Below are positions 20,876 to 29,800 of a DNA stretch of 54,494 bases, piece by piece. The DNA is taken from the NCBI GenBank assembly GCA_963847625.1, contig CAWKAR010000016.1:1-54494 (forward strand), read 5' to 3'. The notes beneath the pieces are model-generated. The model was not told where the DNA came from. It did not search any database and was given only the letters and a program-made list of their open reading frames with translations. Position 1 is the stretch's first letter. Every line of letters starts with the position of its first letter. A program made the position numbers and the translations under genes. The stretch is from a candidate division FCPU426 bacterium (GTDB taxonomy: Bacteria > Oederibacteriota > Muellerivitia > Muellerivitales > Muellerivitaceae).

Positions 20876-21768
20876 ATGACAATGCCTGACGAAATCAACC
20901 CTGACCAAACAACCCTTGGAAATCGACCCGGTGGACGTTACGGCCTTGGCCTATATCCACTCCAACAAGTTCATCACCACCAAGCTTTTCCACAAGAAGT
21001 TCCACCCCGCCCAATCCTACAAGACCGCTTATTTACGGCTTCGAAACCTGGAAGAAAAGGGACTTCTCTTGAAGATCCAAAACCTCCCCAACGAGGACAC
21101 CTATTACTACCTGTCCCGGCCCGCTTTGCGCCAGCTATCCGGCTTGGCCCGGATACTCATTTCGGCGGAAGTCCGTTCCCCCCACATCAACACCTTCGAG
21201 CGGGAGCATGACCGCCGCCTACTCGAAATGAGAATCCATTTCGAGGCGGACCCAGCCTTGGAGGGCTTAACCTGGCTTTCGGACTACGAAATGCGGTGCG
21301 GCCTGAAGATGTCCTGGAAGAAGGCCTTGGAGGAAGGCCGGGGCTGGGAGCTGGCCGGCACCAAGTTAAGGCGGCTGAACCAGCGCACCCCGGACGGCTA
21401 TTTCAAGGCCACCCTGGACGGACAAGCCTACGCCTTTGTCCTGGAATACGAGCACAGCCCCTATAACCGGCAACAAATGGCGGCCATGGTTCTGAACCTG
21501 AACCGGGACTTTCCCCAGGCCTTGCGATTAGTGGTCAGCCGGGGACAAGGAACAGGCCCTAAGGCTCTTGGAGGGCTTGGCGGCCTACCTCAAGGGCGAT
21601 CCCCGGCAGAAGGACCTTTGGGGCTTTTCCTTTTTCGGGAAGGTAGCCAGCCTGCCCTTTAACCGGGTCCCCTGGGTCAACCTGGAAGGCGAATACCTCC
21701 CCTTCGTAAAAGACCCCATCCTGAAGGCGGCCACGGCCACAAACCAGCCCGAAGGGGTGAAGCCATGA
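20876..21768 (+). pseudogene. Replic_Relax-like replication/relaxation protein, frameshifted
   Basis: N-terminal wHTH (RLRNLEEKGLL..YYLS), EHD, TPDG...VLEYE nuclease-like motif; apparent frameshifts near 20915 and 21541. Confidence 0.65.
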
Positions 21769-21860
21769 ACCAAAAACACTTCCAACGGAGGGTAAAACAG
21801 CTTTACCCGAAAAACAAAAGAAACGCCCGCAAAATGCCAGGGGTTCGCCTGTCTTGCGAC

Positions 21861-21921
21861 GCCAGACCCCACTCTCCCAGCATCATTACATGAGTGCTGG
21901 AATTCGATAGTGGGGTCTGGC
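21861..21921. repeat. long inverted repeat / hairpin
   Basis: GCCAGACCCCACT (21861-21873) and AGTGGGGTCTGGC (21909-21921), with an inner CCAGCA..TGCTGG stem. Confidence 0.8.
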
Positions 21922-22032
21922 CTCTTAGACAGACTCACCCCTAAAAGCGCGGGCGTGGAGGCAGAGGATAAAAGAATCAAGGATACAGATACGGCGAAAG
22001 GCAAAGTCAAAAGCAACGGCAACACAAACACC

Positions 22033-22124
22033 GTGGAAAACCCCCCGAACCTGTTGGTAATGAAACAGGTTTTGGACGCGGGGTTTTCCACACCTTTCCC
22101 CGAAGGTGGGACCCTGTTGGGTCC
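22033..22124. repeat. cluster of three adjacent hairpins
   Basis: GTGGAAAACCCC..AACCTGTT/AACAGGTT..GGGGTTTTCCAC, then CACCTT/AAGGTG, then GGACCC/GGGTCC. Confidence 0.75.
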
Positions 22125-22159
22125 TTTATTTTTCAATCTTTATGCCAAGGAGGTAAGCC

Positions 22160-22417
22160 ATGGAAGAGCGTAGGAAGAAGAGATGAACGGCCGGAATTAT
22201 TTAATGTCGGACAAGGAGATTGCCGAAAAAGCCGGGGTTTCCCCCAATACCGTCCGCTATTGGCGGCAAACCGGGATTCTTCCCTTTCGTGAAGGTCGGC
22301 AAATATCCCAGGGTTTGGTATTCGGTATTCCTACAAGTTTTTCAAAAACCCCTTCCATATTTGGCGGACTCTGCTGATAAAATGCCAAGTGCTGGGGACA
22401 TTAGGAGGGACGCATGA
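22160..22417 (+). pseudogene. excisionase-like HTH protein, frameshifted
   Basis: MSDKEIAEKAGVSPNTVRYWRQTGILPF continues as VKVGKYPRV in another frame; stop overlaps the integrase ATG. Confidence 0.7.
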
Positions 22418-23543
22418 GTAGGCCTAATGTTCATGGATTGCCCCAATTTCTCCGCAAGGATGATAAGGGGTATTTCCTGGATTATTTCATTACGGAAGGA
22501 GGATTGAGGAAGCGCAAGCGGGTCCGATTGGGGCAAATTCCGGTGGCCCAGGCCAAGAAGATACTAGCCCAGCACATGCAGGAAATTGTGGCGGGAAAGT
22601 TCCTGGCCGTGGAAAAACCGGAGCCAACCTTCAACGAGGCGGCGGATTCGTTCCTGGCCTATTCCGAGGCAAGAAGGAAAAGCCACGAGAATGATATCCA
22701 GATGGTCGAGCGGCTAAAGGGTTATTTCGGTGACAGGCCCTTGAGGAGTTTAACGCCGGACATCGTTGAGGGTTACTTGACCCATCGGAAGAAGGCCGGA
22801 AACCAAGCCCCGGATAAAAGCCGTAACGGGAAGGCGCTGGCAAACAGCACCATCAACCGGGACCTTGGTGTTCTCAAGTCGCATTGTGAATCGGGCGGTC
22901 TTCAACGGTTTGTTGGAGAAAAACCCGATCCAGAGGGTCAGGGCTTTCCGGGAGGAATCCCGCGACCGCACCTTGACGCTTGAGGAATACGAGGCGCTCT
23001 TGGCGCGTTGCGCGCCCCGGCTTAGCGCCATTGTCCAATTGGCTTATTGGACGGGCATGAGGAAGGGGGAGATTTTGGGCTTGCGGTGGGATCAGGTGGA
23101 CTTCCAAAACAAGGTCGTCAACCTGGAAGCCGCGGACACCAAGACCCAGGAGAAACGGGAAGTGCCGTTGACGGAGGGGCTGTTAGACCTCTTGAAACGG
23201 ACGCCCAGGACCCTTGGGAAGCCCTTATGTTTTCACCTATAAGGGAAAACGCATCCTCGACATCAAGACCGCTTTTCTAAAGGCCGTCCGCGCGGCGGGG
23301 ATCAAGAATTTCAGGTTCCATGATCTCAGGCATTGCGCGGTGACGAACTTGAGGAAGGCGGGGGTGAACGATTCGGTCATCATGTCCATATCGGGCCATA
23401 AGACCTACGCGATGTTCAAACGGTATAACCGGATTGACCGGCAGGACCGGGTGAACGCGTTGAAACAGGTTGAGAGGCAGTTTGATAGGGAGTTTGACAC
23501 GGATATGACACGGAGCGAGTCCGGGCAGTTGGTGAAGTCGTAG
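22414..23543 (+). pseudogene. tyrosine recombinase/phage integrase, two apparent frameshifts
   Basis: STINRDL, TGMRKGE, RFHDLRH, SGHKT..MFKRY catalytic residues all present; frame breaks near 22878 and 23215. Confidence 0.9.
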
Positions 23544-23558
23544 AATCGTTGAAAAATA

Positions 23559-23636
23559 TGGCGGGGTTGACGGGGCTCGAACCCGCGACCTCCTGCGTGA
23601 CAGGCAGGCGCTCTAACCAAGCTGAGCTACAACCCC
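23559..23636 (-). tRNA. tRNA-Asp (GTC)
   Basis: GGGGTTGTAGCTCAGCTTGGTTAGAGCGCCTGCCTGTCACGCAGGAGGTCGCGGGTTCGAGCCCCGTCAACCCCGCCA folds as a cloverleaf; CCA encoded. Confidence 0.98.
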
Positions 23637-23722
23637 TTGCAGGAGATGAAAAAGCGGAAGGATCTTCAGTCGCTTTGTCACGCGGCGAATGCCGCCCCTC
23701 AAGGGAAGCGAAACGGAGACGT

Positions 23723-23751
23723 ATAGTACCGGTCAAAACCACTTTAGTCAA
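23723..23751 (-). promoter_or_regulatory. sigma70 promoter of tRNA-Asp
   Basis: TTGACT-17 nt-TACTAT. Confidence 0.7.
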
Positions 23752-23824
23752 CCCTTCGACTCAACCCATGGATTCGCTCAGGGCCGAGGTCGCTTGGGAA
23801 ACAGGTACAGTCAAACGAGTTCGA

Positions 23825-26800
23825 TCAAGAAACAGGCTGTGGCGCCAACTCCCGGGATCCCCTCTGGATCTTGAATTTCTTCACTGCAAAACGCGACATG
23901 GCGCTCTTGGTGAGATTCTTGGCGGTTAGCTTGTATAAGTATTCCCCCTCGGTCTTCCCCGCCGCGTCCCAAATGGTCATGGCGTAGCTTCCGCCTTCCT
24001 TTTTCTCCGTGGTCTTGTCTACGAGGGTGCCACTGGAGTCATAAACTTCCAGGGTTACGTCGCAATCCTCCTTGAGAAAATAATAAAAACGCACGGGGCC
24101 CGGCGGCGTGGGGTTGGGATAAATTCCCAAGTCCTCGGTAAAGACCGATTCCAGGGGACATGTATCGGTGTTGATGGTTAGATCCTTCAACTTCAACGGG
24201 GGAAATTGTTCGCTGTAGAGCCGTAACTCGTAACGTCCTTCCCCGAGGGTGGGAAAGAAGAAACGACCCTGGGAGTCCGTGAGGGTCTCGGCTTCCACCT
24301 GGTCCCCCTTCGCCAATCCCACCTTGGCCCCCGCAACGGGAGTAACACCATCCTTGCCTAGGAAGGTTCCCTGAACCTTGCCCAGCCGGCGCACCGCGAT
24401 TTTCCGGCACGAGGCAAGGAAACCCGGTTCTCCATTCTCGCCCACCGCTGCCAGATGGAAATACCACACGCCTTCCTCCACGTTCGTGAGCTGGACGCCT
24501 CTATCCTGGGTGAAGGAGTCGGCTTGGGTGAGTTTATCCGCCTCGTCCCGGCTCAACTTGTAGACATATCCCGCGGGCTTGAAGTTTCCATCGTGACGGT
24601 CCTCCCAAGTGAACACGGGATCAAAATTATCGGCGGGTTCGTCCCCCAGGGGATGGGTTGAGGAGGCAATGACCGGCGGCGGCATCTCGCTTCCCGCGAT
24701 CTGCAGGCGCAAGTGGGTTGGTTCGGAAAGGGTTCCTGCCCGGTTCCTCGCTACGGCGTGCAGCCACCAAACACCCGCCTCCGGGGCCGCCAATTCAACC
24801 TCGTTTCCCGTGGTATTTCGGGAGGTCTGTATCGCGGGGCGGGTATCCGGTTTCCGGTCAAAATCGTAATAAAAGCTTTCCACGCCGGAGAATTCGGAAG
24901 AGGAGGAAAGCAGGGCCCGGATCTTTCCGGTGGAATACCAACAATAAGGATCGGGATGGGTAGGGGATTTCAAAACCGGAAGCGTGGGTTTTTGCGCGTC
25001 TAACTTCAAACCGAAATGGGCGGTGTCGCTGATATTGCCCGCCTTGTCCTTCGCGGCCAGGTGAAAATACCAGGTACCGCTGGTCATGTTTTTCAGTTCC
25101 ACCTTGGTTTGCTCTTGGAACACGGCCCCTTCCAAGTCGAGTTTCCCCTGCGGTTCCTGGTTCACCGCAAAATAATAACCAGCAATACCCGCAAGGTCGC
25201 CCGGCGCTTCCCAGCGAAGTAATGCGGTGGTTTGAGAACTCCATTCCCCAAGAGGGTGGGTCTCGCTGGTGACTGTGGGGGTACCGACCCCCTGGACCGA
25301 AAGGCTGGCCGCGATCTTATTGCCTTCCATTTGTTCATTGCCCAGCTTGTCCACGGCCTGCACACAATAGTAATAAACAGTTTTTCCTTCCAGGGATGGA
25401 TCCCGGTCCAGGAACTCCCCATCCCGGATCTCCCCGTCCGTCGAAATCTTTTGGCGGGTCCCTCCCTCCATCCACCGGTAGACGCGGTAAAAGTCCGTGC
25501 CGGAGGTCCGGTCCTCCACCGGGACCCATTTCAACCCGATTTCACCCCCGGGCCTGGGCTCCGCGGTCAATTCGTGAACCGGAGGAGGCGGAGAGATGTC
25601 CAGGGTCGTCGCTGTCATTTCATCCACGGAATAGGACTCCTGGTTCCCCGCTTCATCCCGGGCTCTGCAACGGAAGGCGTATCTTTCCCCATCCTTGCCG
25701 GCAAAAAACGCGCACCTTTCCGGTACCTGGAGAAGCCAATCGGACCAAGTGCCCTCCCGGCCTACCTTCACCTGCAGGTCGAAGTTTTTAACCCCGGCGG
25801 TATCCTCGGCGTCCCATTCCAGGCGAATCTGGGTCCGGTTCAATAACGCGGGCAGAGGCTCAAGGCTGGATTTTGGGGGGGTCGTGTCGATTAGGATGGG
25901 ATAATGGGCCGCTTCCGAACTCAAGTTCCCCACCCGGTCCTTCGTGACCGCGTGGAAATACCACCGGCCATCGACCAATGGCGGGCTCACCCAGGAGTTG
26001 GCTGTAATCCATTCCCCATGATCCGGACCGGGAACGGTGTCGGGGCACTGGTCGACGGTAATGTAATAGCCTTCCACACCAGTCACTTCCGGAGGCGTGT
26101 CCCACGTGAACTTCGCGTTGGATTCTTTTCTCCATTGGCTGGTGGGATGGGTCGAGCTATGGACAATCGGCGGCAAAGCCTTGAAATCCACCTGTATTTT
26201 GAAACGGGCGCAAGGCCCAACATTCCCGGCCTTATCCTTCGCGCATAAATGGGCGTACCAAACCCCGTCCTCCGCGAGCGTGAAACGGATCTTCCGTTCC
26301 AACGAGTAATCCATCAAGGAAAGGTTGGCATCCCATTTTTCCGAGCGATTGAGCGTGGAATAATAACCCTCGATGCCTGAAAGGTCCGGGGCGTCTTTCA
26401 AAACCAGGTCTACCTCGGAAGTTCCGTACCACTGGTCCTGGTTCGGATGGCTGGGGGAGGATATTTCCGGCGGGGCGGCGAACGTATCCAACCTCACTTG
26501 GAACACTGCCGGATCCTTTCCTATGTTTCCCGCCCCATCCTGGCAAACAACCGATAGTACATGGACCCCGTCCTGAGGGATATCCAGCTTAACCTCTTTT
26601 TCTTCGGTAAAGATGGACGTGTTGGAATCGGGCAAAACCTTGGCATTCCCAAAGTTATAGAAGTACCCCTTGATGCCCGAAGGATCTTCAGGAGGGTTCA
26701 TCTGGACCAAAACTTGCCTGCGGTTATACCACTGGTCCTGGTTGGGATGGGTTGAGGAGGACAAGGAAGGGGAATCCACCCGGGTGTCCACCAAGATGGG

Positions 26801-29800
26801 ATAATGGGCCGCTTCCCGGCTCAAGTTCCCCGTTTTGTCCTTTGTCGTCACGTGGAAATACCAACGGCCGTCCTCCAAAAGGGGGCCTTCCCAGGAGTTC
26901 TTGACAGTCCATTCCCCGTTATCCGGTCCCGGGACCATATCGAGCTGTTGATTGATGGCTGTGAAATAACCCTCCACCCCGGATAATTCCGGAGGGGCCT
27001 CCCAGGTGAACAGGGGCTTGGAAGCGCTCCTCCATTTTCCCCTCGGGTGGGTGGGGCTTTCGATGAGGGAGGGAGCCGCGGACAAATCCAATTGGATTTT
27101 AAATCTGGCACAAGTGCTGATATTCCCCGCCTTGTCCTTGGAGCAGGCGTGGAAATACCAAATCCCATCATCCTCCAGGAGGATTTCGGTGTTTCTTTCC
27201 GTCGTGAAAGCCATTTCTTCCAGAAGGACCGGCCAATTTCCCTGCCGGTTAAAGGCGGTGTAATAACCCTCGATTCCGGAGAGATCCCGCGGGTCCTTCC
27301 AATCCATTTTCACTTTCCCGGACCCATACCATTGGTCCTGGGAAGGGTGAGTCAGGGAAAATAATTCAGGGGGAGGCCCAGTCGTATCGAGGCGGATCTG
27401 GTAAGTTTCGGGCTTGTCCCCGATATTGCCGGCCTCGTCCAGGCAAACCACCGACAGCCAATGGATTCCGTCATCGGGGACATCCAGCACGATTTCGTTT
27501 TTCTCGGTAAAGGCGGAGGTTTTGAGGTCGGGCAGGACCACTGCTTCCCCGAAAACATAGTAATAGCCCTTGATCCCCGAAAAATCCTCCGGGGGGGTCA
27601 ATTGGATAACTGCATGAGTGCGGGAATACCACGTTTCCTGGTCCGGGTGGGTCTGGGATGAGAGGGCAGGTTTGCCGACTTGGGTGTCGATCAGGAAGGT
27701 AAAGTGGGCCGCTTCCCGGCTCAGGTTGCCCGCCTTGTCCCTCGTGGTGACATGGAAAAACCAGCGCCCGTCCTCAGAAGCCTCGAAAACAGCCTTTTTA
27801 TTGTCGGTTAATGGGGCGGTTTTATCGTTGGGTACCGTTTCGGGCTGGCGGTCGAATTGGTAGTAAAAACCGTCGATTCCAGAGGAATCCGGGGGGTCTT
27901 CCCACCGTATTTCCACCCGCCGGTTGTTGTACCACTTTCCCTTTTCCCCGTGTGTGGGCGAGGATACGTTCAATGGAGCATTGGCGTGGGTATCCAGGCA
28001 AAACTTGAAGTGCCCCGCCTGTTTGGACAGGTTTCCGGCCCGATCCTTGGCGCGCAGATGGAAGAACCAAACCCCATCTTCCAGTTCGGAAAGGGTGATG
28101 CGGTTTTCCGTCATCCATGGGGCATTGGAAGGGTCTAGTAGGGTTTCAGGCTCTCGGTCAACGCAATAATAGTAACCTTCAATCCCCGAGAGGTCCGGGG
28201 CGGTTCTCCATTCCAGTGCCACATTGCGGGAACAATACCACTTGTCGCCGAAGGAGTGGCTCAGAGAGGTGATCTCGGGCTTGGGTGCGACTGTATCCAA
28301 GCGCAATTCGTATATCGCCGGTTCCCGCCCAACATTGCCGGCCTTGTCCAGGCAAACGACGGAAAGCCAGTGGATACCATCTTCAGGTATTTCTACTGAA
28401 AACTCGCTTTTTTCGGTAAAGAGTGAAGTCTTGGGGTCGGGCAGGGTCGCTGCGGCGCCTACCTGGTAGGAGTAACCCTTGATGCCCGAAAGGTCTTCCG
28501 GCGGGTTGACCCGGAAAACCGCCCGGGTTTCGGTATACCACCGGGTCTGATCCGGATGTGTCGGGGAGGATAGGAACGGCTTCCCGGCGGAAGTGTCCAC
28601 GAGGATGGAAAAATGGGCGGCTTGCCGACTCAGATTCCCGGCCTTGTCCTTCGTAGCAACGTGGAAGTACCAGGGCCCGTCATCCGCCACCTCGAAGAAC
28701 AGACTTCTCAGGACCGTAAAAAGGGAGGTCCTTTCATTGGGAACCGTGTCCTTCTCGCGATCAATATGGTAGTAGTAACCCTCAACACTCGAATGCTCGA
28801 ACGGTTCCTCCCATTGGACCTCCACTCCCCGGCTGCAGTACCAGCGGCTTGAATCGGAGTGGGTGGAGGATGTCACCCGGGGCGGCGGAAGCGCCTGGGT
28901 ATCCAGGCAAAATTTATGATGGCCCGCCCGGAAAGATATGTTTCCGGCCCGGTCCTTAGCGCGCACGTGGAAGTACCAAACGCCGTCCTGGAGGTCCGAG
29001 AGCAGGACTTTATTTCCTTCCGTCCAACGGGAAGAGGAAGGCTCCGGGAGGGTTTCCGGTTCCTGATCCGCGCAGTAATAGTAACCCGCCAGTCCCGACA
29101 AATCGGGAGGGGTGGAAAGGATGACTTCGATCCGGCCGTTGGAATACCAACGATCCTGATGGGGGTGGGTTGTTGAGGACGGTACCGGCACGGGGGATTG
29201 GGTGTCGATTCGAACTGGAAGGTGGGCAGCCGTCATTCCGATGTTACCCGCCTCATCCTGAGTGGCGATATGGACGTACCACAGGCCGTCCTCCAGAGGG
29301 CCAAGGGTGGCCCGGTTTTCGGTAGTAAACAGGCATTCCCCGGGCCCCGGAAGCGTGAGTGGCTCGTGGTCGGCTTTCACATAAAAACCCTTCACGCCCG
29401 AGAGGTCGGGCGGGACTTCCCATGCCACCAAGGGCGAGGAATTCGACACCCACTTGGCCGGGTCGGGATGCGTGGAGCTTGCTAGATTTCGCGGTGGCAA
29501 CACCTCCGTGTCGATCCCGATGGCGAAATGGTTGGGATGGGTTCCGATATTTCCGGCCTGGTCCACGCCTACGACGTGGAAATAGCAGGTCCCCTCGGAC
29601 GCCAAGGGAAGGACCAGCCGCCTCTCTTCCGAATAAACACCCGTTTGTGGACTCAGCATGAAATCCCGCGAGTCGTTCAACTTGTAATAAAAACCAGTCA
29701 GGGGAACGGTGGTGTAAAGGATGATTTCGATATTGCGTTCATTGGTCCATTTTCCGGGATGGGGATGAGTGGGGGAAAAAACGTCGGGCGGGGCGACCGG

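Larger units (their letters stand above)
11084..23604. mobile_element. integrative (probably mobilizable) element inserted in tRNA-Asp
   Basis: tRNA 3'-end duplication, adjacent tyrosine integrase, Xis-like HTH, Replic_Relax-like and VirD4-like genes, AT-rich cargo. Confidence 0.9.

Noticed and set aside
21585..22173. 183-aa minus-strand and 87-aa plus-strand ORFs
   Set aside because: No recognisable motifs; they overlap the Replic_Relax tail and the hairpin region
25890..29790. DGR template/variable repeat pair within the giant gene
   Set aside because: Repeats are diverged at all bases rather than adenine-specifically, and there is no reverse transcriptase in the window
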